Source: Macrostomum lignano
Taxonomy: Eukaryota
DNA: 64,000 nt
Direction: 5' to 3'
NCBI GenBank assembly: GCA_002269645.1
Contig: NIVC01000692.1
Location: 309,950-373,949, forward strand
A program made the position numbers and the translations under genes. Positions 1 to 11,761 of this stretch are shown here, piece by piece (within the stretch, counting starts at the first letter, position 1; every line of letters begins with the position of its first letter). Under the pieces are notes generated by a model. It had not been told where the DNA came from, made no database searches, and saw only the letters and a program-made list of their open reading frames with translations.

Positions 1-842
1 ATTTGCTATTATAATACGAGTAATTATGTTTTTGTCAATCGTTGACCCCAGTGACCTCGGCATGTTGTCTGACTGTCCCGTGATTTATCAATCGGTTATA
101 ACGATGCAATCATACTTCAGTATGAGTGCGAGTTTTCTTTTTCAAAGGTTCTTCAAACAAATTTTACTATAACAGTGTAACAGAAGCATTGCCATTTTTA
201 ACTTTACCCGCACGCACTCCCCGTGCCAGTTTGAGTTGCTGCTCGTGTCCGTCTTTTACGAGCAAGTATTCTGCTTCTCTGTGCAATTTTCCGTGTTGTC
301 TGCTTTAATCCGCTTTTCTAAATAGCAATTTTTATACTTAGCCTAACTGTCAAACTAATAGTTAATAAATCAGCTCCGAGCACTGCAGCTACTAATAGTA
401 GTTATGCAGCGCCAGAAAAACTCGCTGTGCCGTTTAGGCGTTCAGTTCTGTTGTGCATAAATTGCTAAGAGATGCTTTTTGTTTGTTATTTTACGAGGCA
501 AAAAAACATAAAGCCACTTAAAAGCATGAAAGCTGGTTTACAGGACAAACACTTTTGACTCAAAGAGAAAAAATAGAATGAAAAAAGTAGACAGCACTTT
601 GTGTGTATTTCCTTGCTATGTAGCGGGCGTCAAGCGCGGCTTGTAAGCGACAGTCAATTCTGATTAATCATCTATCTTTGCTAGCAGATAAAAATAAATT
701 AAATATTGGCCGAGAGGCAAGCAGTACAAGAAAATAAATTTGCATTGACCGACTTTTGTGTGGAGCAGCAGAGCGGGGATGGCCTCGGTCAGTCACGGGT
801 CCACGACACAAACTGACTGCCGGGCTTAAAGCCACAGATACA

Positions 843-1304
843 AGAATAACTAGATGGGCCACTCAGGCAAATATACTTAGCAAAACAGCTTTCAACTTTC
901 AGTTCAGTAGCATTGAATAATACATAAGCTATTTTATAAGAATTTAGGAATAAAGGCAGGCAGCTGATCAGCCGATCGAAATGACTGATAAGTTTAGAAG
1001 CCAAGCTTGCAGACGTAAACAGCTTACTAATTGGTTGAACCATAATGTACATTAACCACTGTCAAAATATACATGGGAGATTTAGACTGGAACAACGGAG
1101 GAAGGTAAGAAAGATTGGGTAGCGGGGCAGGGGTATAGGTTCTTTGTGGAGTGAGGGTTTAATTAAGCTTTGGGGGGGGGGTAAGAGCCAATAAAAATAA
1201 GCCTTGTCTTTAAAATACATTTAAATGCTCCAGTTAACCTTACTACTGAACTGAAAGTAGCTTGCACGCAAATGTGCTGAGTGGCCTATCTATCTAGTTA
1301 TTTT
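843..1304. mobile_element. Possible degraded MITE / foldback element
   Basis: Imperfect inverted ends: AATAACTAGATGGGCCACTCAG...ACTTTCAGTTCAGTAG on the left and CTACTGAACTGAAAGT...CTGAGTGGCCTATCTATCTAGTTATT on the right. No TSD resolved. Confidence 0.4.
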
Positions 1305-2206
1305 AGTATCTGTGCCTAAACCTGAACCCTAATACCCTAATTAAGAAACCTAATCTCTAATAGTGGGCAGTTAATTGTCGCTGCCCCGTCGTCACAAACA
1401 GCTCGCATGCGGCTATGGCTAGTTAATCAAAGTGAATTATTTGGCGCAAAAATAGACTCCAATATGATTATAATAGTAGAATATATTAAAATAAATAATT
1501 GAGCATTGAAAGCAAGCCAGACAGCGAGTTAAACATGCACACAATCAGAAGATTCATATTGGCCAAGATACACATGAAAATCGCGACAAAAAACAGGCAG
1601 ATAATTCACGTACAACATGGTAGAGAGCCTTCACGAATAGTACAAGACGAAACAAAGACTCTTGGGCGGGCTTGAGTGCAAATTAAATTCAATAATTCAT
1701 TGATATTAGAAGCCTTGCTTGGCGGTGAGTGTATAAATTTGCTGGACAAAGAAGACTGATTCGAATTAATTAGACAAGCGAGAATGGCTCGATAAGATCT
1801 TGCGTTGCAGACTTTGGCTGTGAAAGGAAGACCAAACTCTCAGTGCGGTAATCCGTACTACTAATAGTACAAAGATCATATATAAACACAAGACAGGTAA
1901 TGTGTAAATATTACCTTCTTATAGCAGTTAACTAATAAGGGCCCATCTTGTGATTACATATAACCTTTGGTACAATACGATTAGTAGTAGTAACTATTAT
2001 TGAATACACAACACGGGCAGTTTCGATAGAAGTTGAAGCAACAAAATTTAAAACTATAACGGAGAAAAATCAATCTATAGAATTTGAAAGATTAAATTAA
2101 TGTACGGAGAAGCAGAGACACAAATAGATATTTATTGTATACCCGAGTCGCCAGACGATATGCGCAAGATGCATCTTCCAGTAGATTTTCTAAGAAAAAC
2201 GTGCCG

Positions 2207-5074
2207 TCACAGCAGCTCCACGAAGGCCCTCGGGAACATTCCGCGGCGACCGTCAGCCGCCATCCCGGACAGCCAGTCCGGCCCGAGCTCCGTCAGGCTG
2301 GTCAGCAGGTCGCCAGCCTGGAAGCTCAACTCGTCCGATTCTCGACCAGCGAAGTCGTGAATCGCGCGCGCGCTCGGCGCCAACTCGGCCGCTGCCGACT
2401 CCTCGGAGACGACAAACGCGGCAGGAAAGTTGCCGGCCTCCTCGTCGACACCGCCGTTGTCTGCTTTTCCTGGCCGGCGCCGACGAACTCCTCGAAGCCA
2501 CTCGCCGCCGGGCAGCTCGGCGAGGACGTCGACCGAGTCGCCGACCTGCAGTGCCAGATCGCCGGCCTCCTGCGCCGGGAAAGCGTAGGCGGCCGTCGCC
2601 GGGTAGAGAATCAAGCGGACGTGATTGGCTGGGAAGAGGCCGCGCGGCCCGCTACCCAGTCGGCCCTCAAGCCAATCAGAGTCGACCCGGCGAACCTCGC
2701 TAATCAGCTGACCGGCTGGGAAGCTCAGATCACCCGGATGATCCGATCTGTATTCGTGCAGGCTGCGAGCTTTGGTTGCTAAGGACTCGGCTGCCGCCGG
2801 TGGCGATGGCGCGGCTGCCGAGGGTGGCGATGGCGCAGGGGCTGGCGTGGCTGCCGCTGAAAAAGAAAACAAAGAAAACAGGTACAACGGTTTTGAAAAT
2901 AACCAAAAATAGCAATTCAAGTCTTTAATCCTCAACACCTTCTCTTTAGTCATAAGCGTCTTCTCTTTAATACTCAGCGCCTTCTCTTGAATCTTTACAG
3001 TCCCATCTAACCCTGCTGATACTTGTAGACACAATGGGACTCACAGTCCTTAGCCGGAGCCAAATAGCTGCAGGCCACAAGGCCTTCCAGACAGTTGCCA
3101 GTGAGCCGTCTTGCCAACATCCAGTTATCGTCTTCTCGGCGTACAATAGTCATGAGATCGCCGCGCCGCAGGCTGAGAATGCCGGGATCTGGCGGATTGG
3201 CCAGATCGAATTTGGCCGAGCACACGGAGCCGGGTGTCAAGTGACCGGTTAAATCCGGCGCCAACTCTGGCTGGGGAGGCTGCGTCTGCGGCAGCTGCTG
3301 AGGTTGCCGCTTGAACGGCCGCTGGTGTGCCGGCGGGGGCGGCGCCGGCGCTTTTCTTGACTTTGCTGCTGGCTGCGGCGGCTGCTGTTGCTGCTGCTGC
3401 TGCTGGGGATGCCCAAAGTCCAAGTCTAGCAGTAGCAGAGCATTGCTGGAAGCGCTTGATGTTACCTGCGATTGTTATGAAATTAGGCATGCTTTGTTTC
3501 ATGGCGATTCTTTGGTGGGTCAAGAGGCGATTCTTTGGTGGGTCAAGGGCCGATTCTTTGGTGGGTCAAGTGGCGATTCTTTGGTGGGTCAAGGGGTGAT
3601 TCTTTAGTGGGTCAAGGGGCGATTCTTTAGGTGGGTCAAGGGGCAATTATTTAAGTGGGTCAAGGGGCGATTCTTGAGGTGGGTCAAGGGTCGATGCTTG
3701 AGGTGGGTCAAGGGGCGATGCTTGAGGTGGGTCAAGGGGCGATGCTTGAGGTGGGTCAAGGGGCAATTCTTTAAGTGGGTCAAGGGGCGATTCTTTAGGT
3801 GGGTCAAGGGGCAATTCTTTAGGTGGGTCAAGGGGCAATTCTTTAGGTGGGTCAAGGGGCAATTCTTTAAGTGGGTCAAGGGGCAATTCTTTAGGTGGGT
3901 CAAGGGGCAATTCTTTAAGTGGGTCAAGGGGCAATTCTTTAAGTGGGTCAAGGGGCAATTCTTTAGGTGGGTCAAGGGGCAATTCTTTAGGTGGGTCAAG
4001 GGGCAATTCTTTAAGTGGGTCAAGGGGCAATTCTTTAGGTGGGTCAATGGGCAATTCTTCAAGTGGGTCAAGGGGCAATTTTTTAAGTGGGTCAAGGGGC
4101 AATTCTTTAAGTGGGTCAAGGGGCAATTCTTTAAGTGGGTCAAGGGGCGATTCTTTGGTCGGTGGCTGGCGATCAGGTCAGGTAAGTGGCATTTTAAGGG
4201 TCAGTAAAAGGATAGTTGCTGCAACGCATTTGTGATGGTAAAGGGATGATTTTTGGGGGCTATCATTAACCTTAGGCGGCTGACTGGGCCTTGGTGGCGG
4301 CTGAGTCGGCCTGGGCGGCGGTGTCTGCCGCGTCGCCCGAAGTTGCGTAGCCGACGAGGAGGATGCCGGCGGCGGGGCCGGCGCAGCCTTGGCCTTGGGC
4401 GACTCCTTTCGAAATGATGGATTGAACAGAGCCTGGGCTCCGCCTCCGGGCTAAGAATTAAAAATGAACAAAAGGAAATACACATGAATAATACTTCTAG
4501 CAGAGCAGCAGCAGATTGTTTTGATTATAAAGTCTAGAATCAGGTAAATGAGAGCATCGCTAATTGCTTCCTACCAAATTGATTCATAACATACTACACT
4601 AGAATGCAAGACCCGCACCATACTACTTACATTCACACTGAGACATTCCAGACTGCCGCCGTGTCTGCCGTTGTCCGATCTGATGATCAGCGGCTGCTGC
4701 GTGCGCGGCGCCGATGCGTCGATAAAAAACGCCGGCTGAGTCGATACGGGCGGCGGCGCCGGCGGCAAAGGAGATGACAAGTCGATCAGATTGGCGCTGT
4801 CTTCAAATGTGGCCCAACCGGATTGGGGACTCTGCCGCTGCTTCGGTCGCTCTTCTGTGGGCGAGCCGGCGTCCAGCAGGTTTTCGTAGCTCTTCTGCTT
4901 GCCCGGCTTCAGCCTGCTGAGCAGGCCGCCGCCCGACTTGCCCGAGCCGCTCTCCGCCGCGGCAATTTGCTGCTGCTGCCGCTGTTCGTTATCGTTCTCT
5001 TCTAGCTTGCCCGGCTTCGATGACAGCTGACTGCCAATATCCAGATTGCGCAAGCTCTTTATAACCCGACTCAT
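2207..5074 (-). CDS. SH3D19: SH3 domain-containing protein (SH3D19/Eve-1-like): Pro-rich N-terminal half plus 4 SH3 domains, about 564 aa
   Basis: Exons (minus) 5074-4631, 4450-4271, 3465-3045, 2856-2207. Donors GTAAGT/GTTAAT/GTGAGT and AG acceptors join in phase (0,0,1); 1695 nt. SH3 motifs: 'AKFDLANPPDPGILSLRRGD..DDNW..GLVACSYL', 'SLHEYRSDHPGDLSFPAG..DWLEG..GLFPANHV', 'AAYAFPAQEAGDLAL..EWLRG..GNFPAAFV', 'AIHDFAGRESDELSF..DWLSG..GMFPRAFV'. PxxP tracts in exons 1-3. The symbol is by architecture only, and an upstream coding exon cannot be excluded. Confidence 0.8.
3503..4158. repeat. 24-bp minisatellite (TTTAGGTGGGTCAAGGGGCAATTC)n in SH3 gene intron 2
   Basis: Direct tandem array; explains the THLKNCPL-type repeat ORFs. 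Confidence 0.97.
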
Positions 5075-5400
5075 TGTGCACACAGATGGCTTTGTTAAAA
5101 CCAACAATAAGTAGTCTGCAACTACCCGCTTTCTGCTGGCCAATTATGGATTAGGGAGTCAAAAAGCAGATGACTTTGCCAGAGCCAGGAGGGCCTGTTC
5201 CGCGCCACAGCGGCGGCGAGCTGGCTGCGCTGCAATGCGGAAGAGCGGCATTGGGGGAGGGCAATGCTTTGTGATTTGCCTCATCAGTCTAGTCCGGAAG
5301 CTCTTTACTAATTCGAAATCTTACTTCCTAATCCACAGCACAGCATACTAATCCCAAAGCCCACATGCAAATACTCAACCCAAAGTCTAATCCCTGGTAC

Positions 5401-6155
5401 AACATTCTAAAATCCAACATTCTAATCCTTAATCCCGAATTCTAATCCTTAAACCCACATTCTAATCCCTAATCCCACATTCTAATCCTTAATCGCACAT
5501 TCTACAGTAATTCTTAATACCACAGTCTAATCCCTAATCACACATTCTAATCTTTAATCCCACATTCTAATTCCTAATACCCCAGTCAAATTCCTAATAC
5601 CCCAGTCTAACCCCTAATACCCAAGTCTAATCCCTAATACCCCAGTCTAATCCCTAATACCCCAGTCTAATCCCCAATACCCCAATCTAATCCCTAATAC
5701 CCCAGTCTAATCCCTAATACCCCAGTCTAATCCCTAATACCCCAGTCTAATCCCTAATACCCCAGTCTAATCCCCAATACCCCAATCTAATCCCTAATAC
5801 CCCAGTCTAACCCCTAATACCCAAGTCTAACCCCTAATACCCCAGTCTAACCCCTAATACCCCAGTCTAATCCCTAATACCCCAGTCTAATCCCTAATAC
5901 CCCAGTCTAATCCCTAATACCCCAGTCTAATCCCTAATACCCCAGTCTAATCCCCAATACCCCAATCTAATCCCTAATCCCACATTCTAATCTCTAATTC
6001 CACATTCTAAAAACTAAATCCTACATTCTAATTCCTATTGCCACATTCTAATCCCTAATCCCACATTCTAATCCCTAACCCCACATTCAAATCCCTAATC
6101 CCACATTCGAATCCCATAGCCTACATTTTAATTCCTTATAACAGATTCTAACCCC
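5401..6155. repeat. 20-bp minisatellite (CCCCAGTCTAATCCCTAATA)n with degenerate flanks
   Basis: Direct tandem array; homogeneous core about 5570-5975. Confidence 0.95.
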
Positions 6156-6428
6156 ATATGATATTTCAAATCTGATGAAGCATTAAAATTCGATATCTAT
6201 TCCACGGAAGTCATTTAAGATGCAAGAAAATGTAACAATGTGAAGCAACCGCTTCAAACTCGTGTATTCAAGAGCAGTGGAAGCATTTAGTTCTAAGAAT
6301 ATATGCAGCACGAACGCTGGACAATCAAGTCTGACACGATTTCTGAAGAATAATAATAACAAACAGGAAAAAACAAGTCGTGAAACAATTCAAAAGATAT
6401 TAATTACAAAAAGGTTGCTAGCTGGGAT

Positions 6429-7145
6429 AGTGATCGTTTTGGCACCACCCTCCACAACAGCATCCGAATTGCCTAAAGCAGCAGGTAGTTTAAAGAAAAA
6501 CTATCAATGGTCTAGATGAGTGTTGACCTTTTTCTCTAGCACTTTTATTAACCGAGTTATGGCCCATCACGTGGTGATATCCATGGCCATAAATTGCAAT
6601 TTTCACCAGCTGCTGAAAGATAAAAGTTCAAAGCCACTAGGATTGGAGGGTCAAGGGTCAAACGGGGACACAACTGTTCTTCAAACATCTCCATATGTCG
6701 CAACAAGCTCTGCGTGCATTTCAGCCACATTTGTGCGTCCGCTGTCAATCCAGAAGCGAATGACGCCACGCACTGTTGGTTTGAGGTCTTTCATTGAAGC
6801 TGATGCCATCTTGTGTTTTTTAGCAAAATTTAGCATACTGAATGGTTACCTTGTGCCAATTGTTAAACTGATTTGCTTAAAGACTGATTAAGCAGAGGGA
6901 TTGCAGGGTAGACTGAGATTTGATGCTGCAATTTGCGGCTTTAGACTGCAATCTGTCACCCGCAGTTAGTGAAATTGCAAGTTATGGCCATGGATATCAC
7001 CACGTGATGGGCCATAACTCAGCCAATAAAAGTGCTAGAGAAAAAAATCAACACTCATCTAGACCATTGATATTTTTTCTTTAAACTACCTGCTGCTTGA
7101 GGCAATTCAGATGCTGCTGCAGAAAGTAGTGCCCAAACGATCACT
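6429..7145 (-). mobile_element. Internally deleted DNA transposon with ~185-bp inverted arms and a mariner-like HTH fragment
   Basis: 6429-6613 is the imperfect reverse complement of 6962-7145. The spacer encodes (minus, 6809-6681) MASASMKDLKPTVRGVIRFWIDSGRTNVAEMHAELVATYGDV*, which resembles the N-terminal HTH of Tc1/mariner transposases. The right arm abuts an (AGATT)n microsatellite. Confidence 0.6.
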
Positions 7146-7761
7146 AGATTAGATTAGATTAGATTAGATTAGAAATTTATATCGCGAAATCAAAGGCGAG
7201 AGATGAAAGATGATCGCTAAAAATGAGGATAAAAAATGAACAATAGTCTACAAGATAACGACGTGATAATGAAAAAATTAACAATCAAATGCCTTTCTAA
7301 AATCAATTCCACAAGCTTTGGGTTAGCAAATTAATAATTATATTGCAACCGTAGCTAGTTAAGCTTGCGTGCCGTGATTGATATAATTTGGCATAACATA
7401 AAATTAGCTACTGTTAGTAATCAAATGCTGGTAGAATTTATCTAGCAACCGAACTAGCTAAACGCAAAAGCTGTTGAAATTAATTTTCGATTATACCTAA
7501 AAACATGCGATTTACAGGGTCTTTCCAATTCACCTGAAAATTGCATTCCTAAATTTGACTTTATCTTTTCAAGTCTAGAGAAAAAAACCAGATATCCACG
7601 TAAATTTATTGGCTTCTGCACTATTTTTTTCTGCTACCTATTAAGTAGTAGACTTTCCTATTGTTCTCTGCAGATGTGCTCATTTTCTATTCAAATTATC
7701 CAAGCAGCTCTAGAGTAACTGTAACTACATAAGGATAGTAGATACAAGTATATATAAATGA

Positions 7762-10323
7762 CTACAATAAGGTCTCGCCAGCCGTGGCATTCATTTTGGC
7801 AAAATAATTCTTCAAGCACTCGAACGAGCCAACCATAATAGCGGACGCGGGCACTACTTTAAGTAGGCGAGGCGTCACTCCGGTGAACAGGGCGGCCAAT
7901 CCGCCTCGTTTAACCAGGTCACGCATCGCTTTCCACACTGAGCTATTGCCTGCGGCATTAGCCGCGCTGGCCTCGGCGGCGGCCCTGACACCCAGCTCCA
8001 TCTGTTTGTGCGTTTTCACCACGTCAAATGGCAGAGTGGCCAGGCCCGCGATCAGGCCCGCCAGGCCGCCGAGGCCGGCCGCCTCTGTCAAGGACAGCGA
8101 ATCGGCTCCGGCCGAGCGGAGACGCGCCGTTCTGGCCGAATCGAATGTCAGCCAATAGATGGCCGAGAATGGCACGTCGCGTAATAAAGTTGGCACAGCG
8201 CCGCGCCACAGGCTGAACAGACCGTGAGCGCGAACCTCGGCGCTTGCCGAGCGGAGAACAACTGACCAGTCGGTGCGCTGAGTCTGCGGCCATTGCGGTT
8301 AGGGGGATTTACGCAAACGCTGTGATAGACAGGTTAGCAGCTCTGAGCTGCGGAACAAAAACAGTAGGAGTTGCAACTCCAGCCAATTCGTCTGTCCGCC
8401 TGTCTGTGTCCACCTATTTGATCTGTCTGTTCGCATGACTGTGTCCACCTATTTGATCTGTCTGTTCGCATGACTGTGTCCACCTATTTGATCTGTCTGT
8501 TCGCATGACTGTGTCCACCTATTTGATCTGTCTGTTCGCATGACTGTGTCCACCTATTTGATCTGTCAGTCCGCCTGTCTGTGTCCACCTATTTGATCTG
8601 TCTGTTCGCATGACTGTGTCCACCTATTTGATCTGACTATCCGCCTGTCTGTGTCTACCTATTTGATCTGTCTGTTCGCATGACTGTGTCCACCTATTTG
8701 ATCTGTCTATCCGCCTGTCTGTGTCCACCTATTTGATCTGTCTGTTCGCATGACTGTGTCCACCTATTTGATCTGTCAGTCCGCCTGTCTGTGTCCACCT
8801 ATTTGATCTGTCTGTCCACCTGTCTGTCTGCGTCCATCTGTCTGTTACCTGTCCTATCGCCCGAATGTACAGTGCCCGCTTTCGTCTCCTGTTGTTACAG
8901 CTCAAGACTTGCCTGCATACTAGTGCGGACCAGTTCCAGCGGCGACATACACATCACAGACACCAGACGAGCAGATACGGCGGCTACAGGCGGCACCCAG
9001 GCCTTGCCAGCCGTGTCGTTAGGCGGCCGATAGCCGAGACCGGCTTTCAACAGATCCATGCTTGTGAAGTAGATTACGGTGCTGGGTATGGCCAGGATTA
9101 ACGTGGCGGATAGGCCCGAATAGAGTGACTGGGGGCCCTCGTGTCGGACTATTTTCAGCAGTGCGTCCTGGGGTGAGATTGGCAAAGATTTGGAGTTAGA
9201 GAAAAACCGGGCACTGAACACATTCGATTGATGTTACCAATACACGGATAGATGCCTTCATAGCCCAACCAAAGTAGAGCATCATAAATTAATTAAAGAT
9301 TACAAAGACGACTGATCACATGTGTTAATCAAGAGATTCTTTGAAGTCGATGCAGACACCTGTATTTTAAATTTTGCCAATATCAGTATGACGTAGAAAG
9401 GCACTGGAATGAAGTAGAATGGCATTGGAATGGAGTAAAAAGGCATTGGAATGAAGTAGAATGGCATTGGAATGAAGTAGAATGGCACTGGAATGAAGTA
9501 GAATGGCATTGGAATGGAGTAGAATGGCATTGGAATGGAGTAGAATGGCATTGGAATGGAGTAGAAAGGCATTGGGATGAAGTAGAATGGCATTGGAATG
9601 GAGTAGAATGGCATTGGAATGGAGTAGAATGGCATTGGAATGGAGTAGAATGTCATTGGAATGGAGTAGAATGGCATTGGAATGGAGTAGAATGGCATTG
9701 GAATGGAGTAGAAAGGCATTGGAATGGAGTAGAATGGCATTGGAATGGAGTAGAATGGCATTGGAATGGAGTAGAAAGGCATTGTAATGGAGTAGAAAGG
9801 CATTGGAATGGAGTAGAATGGCATTGGAATGAAGTAGAATGGCATTGGAATGGAGTAGAATGGCATTGGAATGAAGTAGAATGACATTTTTATTGAGTAG
9901 AATAGCATCGGAATGGCGAAAAACTCTGTACTCTGAACTCTGTAATTTAATCGTAGCAACTATTTGTATGATTGCAATTAAAGATTGAAGCCCAGGTGCG
10001 CACAATCTCACCAAAGGTGAGGTGAACTTGGCGGCGCCAGGCTTGCGATACCAGGGCACAGATTTGTCAGTCTCTGGCGCGCACATGCACAGATGATCCA
10101 TCAGGCCATTGCAATATAGAAAACAATTCCCACTGCCAAACTGTTTTGGCCTAGCCTGAGCTTGCATTCGAGTTTTAACAACATCGAATGGTGTCATGGT
10201 CAGAGAAGTGGCAACGCCGCCTATTGAGGAGGCGGCAACTCGTTGCCAGAAGTGCAGATTGGCGTGGCTGGCACTGACAGCTGCAGTGTCAGCTTGGTTC
10301 TGCTGCAGCTGGCTTTGTGCCAT
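7762..10323 (-). CDS. SLC25A40: Mitochondrial carrier SLC25A39/SLC25A40 family (glutathione-import carrier family), about 362 aa
   Basis: Exons (minus) 10323-10012, 9167-8913, 8283-7762, all phase 0; 1089 nt. Three carrier signatures Px[DE]xx[KR]: PFDVVKTRMQ, PLELVRTSMQ, PFDVVKTHKQ. Family-typical Cys loop 'CFLYCNGLMDHLCMC' and 'LLRDVPFSAIYW'. Intron 2 uses a GC donor (CAG|GCAAGT). Confidence 0.93.
8395..8830. repeat. 35-bp minisatellite (TGTGTCCACCTATTTGATCTGTCTGTTCGCATGAC)n in SLC25 intron 2
   Basis: Direct tandem array with two alternating variants. Confidence 0.95.
9390..9890. repeat. 21-bp minisatellite (GGCATTGGAATGGAGTAGAAT)n in SLC25 intron 1
   Basis: Direct tandem array; source of the IPMPFYS/HSNAILL ORFs. 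Confidence 0.97.
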
Positions 10324-10494
10324 GGTGTCTGTTAGTACTGCGTTCTGTGTGAGCTGCAATAGTATTAGTTGTTCTGGGATTAGAAAAATTGACCCCCACC
10401 ATACATGCGCAACTTCTGAAATTACGCTGGCCGTGCGACTTAGTTTTCGATAAAAAATGCGACTTACCTATGAAAGAGCCAAGCAAAAACTTTA

Positions 10495-10573
10495 GGTAAA
10501 CGGCAGGAGTAACTATGACCATATTTTTAAAGCTAAATGCCTCGCCAGCTAATTAGTGCTGCGTGCAGATTCC
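10495..10573 (+). pseudogene. Degenerate 28S rRNA fragment (helix 69-71 region, R2 target-site region)
   Basis: GGTAAACGGCAGGAGTAACTATGACcatatttttaaAGCTAAATGCCTCGCCAGCTAATTAGTG aligns with the eukaryotic LSU sequence GGTAAACGGCGGGAGTAACTATGACTCTCTTAAGGTAGCCAAATGCCTCGTCATCTAATTAGTG. H69 pairing is broken and there is no flanking rDNA. Confidence 0.75.
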
Positions 10574-10989
10574 GCGTTTTTATAACAGCTAATCAGTATG
10601 TCATCTAGTGGCGGCATGAAGCAATTAGTAAATTGTCAGTACAGTGTAGTGAGCATACTACAAAAGTCATGATTCATGAATGTCCAAAAGTAAGTGAAGT
10701 GAATACAGTGTGACCTATAGCTCAAGAACGATTTGCTAGACGATTTGGCATGGAAGATGAGAGCCCTGATTCAGATGGCTCATCAGATGCAGAATACGAA
10801 TCCAGTAGAGATACAAGCTGTGAAAACCCACAGATTTTTAAACCACTGAATTCTAATTCCCGGAACTATTTTTGCATAGATTCTAAATTTGAAGTCATGC
10901 TCAAAACAAAACTTGTTAACAGTTAGGAAAAAGGCAAAGATGGGAGTAATGCATGTTAAACTAAGATTTGAGGCCTTTGCAAATCCTCT

Positions 10990-11660
10990 CCATTTCTCAA
11001 TCTTCTCATCCTCTTTTTCTTTTCTCTCTCATCCCTTATCCCTTCTCTCTTTCCTCTCCTCTCTCCTCTCTTTCCTCTCCTCTCCTATCTCTTCTGTCTC
11101 CTCTCTACATTCTTATCTCTTCTCTCGTCTCTCTCCATTCCACTCTACTCTCTCATCTTATCTTCCCTCTCGTCTCTCTCCACTCTACTCTCTCATCTTA
11201 TCTCTTCTCTCTTTTCTACTTTCTCATCTCTCCTCTCTTCACTCTCCTCTCATCTCCTCTTTATCCTCTCTTCTCTCATCTACTCTCTCCTCTTTCCTCT
11301 TTCCTCTCTTCTGATCTCATCCATCATCTTTTCTTTCCTCTTTCCTCTCATCTCCTCTTCTCTCTCATCTCTTTTTCCTCCCTCAGCTTTTCTCTCCTCT
11401 TCTATCTTTTCTCCCATCGCATCGCTTGCCTCTCCTCTGTTTGCTTATCTCTAATCTTCTATTCCCTCTACTTTGAAGTAAGAAAATATGCACATATTTT
11501 TGCTGAAGATAAGAGGAGAGAAGAGGGCATTGAGGAGTAAGGGTAGAGAGAAAGGGGGAGAAGAGAGGAGAGTAAAAATGAGAGGAGAGAGAAGAGGGAA
11601 AAGGGGGGAGAGAGAGAAGAGGGGAGGCAAGGTAGAGAAGAAGAGAGAGATGAGAGTTGA
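10990..11660. repeat. Low-complexity CT-rich block followed by GA-rich block
   Basis: Polypyrimidine about 10990-11470, then a short hairpin AAAATATG-CA-CATATTTT, then polypurine about 11510-11660. Confidence 0.85.
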
Positions 11661-11715
11661 AGAGACACCAACCTTGCTACTCGTAGTTAGGAAGTTTCAA
11701 AGAACCCGAGGGGCG

Positions 11716-11761
11716 AGGGCCAGATAGAGGGGCTTCGCGAGCCGGAGTTTGCCAACCCCTG
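11716..11761. mobile_element. hAT/Charlie-like element right end
   Basis: GGGCCAGATAGAGGGGCTTCGCGAGCCGGAGTTTGCCAACCCCTG has the reverse complement CAGGGGTTGGCAAAC..., a Charlie-type TIR. It is followed by CTCCAGAG (NTCTAGAN-like target). Left end not found. Confidence 0.5.

Noticed and set aside
3604-4207. Long repetitive ORFs (THLKNCPL, PLDPLKEL, RWVKGQFF)
   Set aside because: Translations of a 24-bp intronic minisatellite; open in several frames; inside a defined intron.
9300-9959. IPMPFYS/HSNAILL repeat ORFs extending SLC25 exon 1
   Set aside because: 21-bp minisatellite downstream of the GTGAGA donor at 10011.
10495-10573. Functional rRNA gene
   Set aside because: Only about 70 nt, helix 69 pairing destroyed, no flanking rDNA; kept as a pseudogene fragment.
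10680-10850. Possible small plus-strand gene (MSK|TQERFARRFGMEDESPDSDG...) with a 31-nt intron
   Set aside because: Implausibly short intron, no recognisable homology, no further exons identified.
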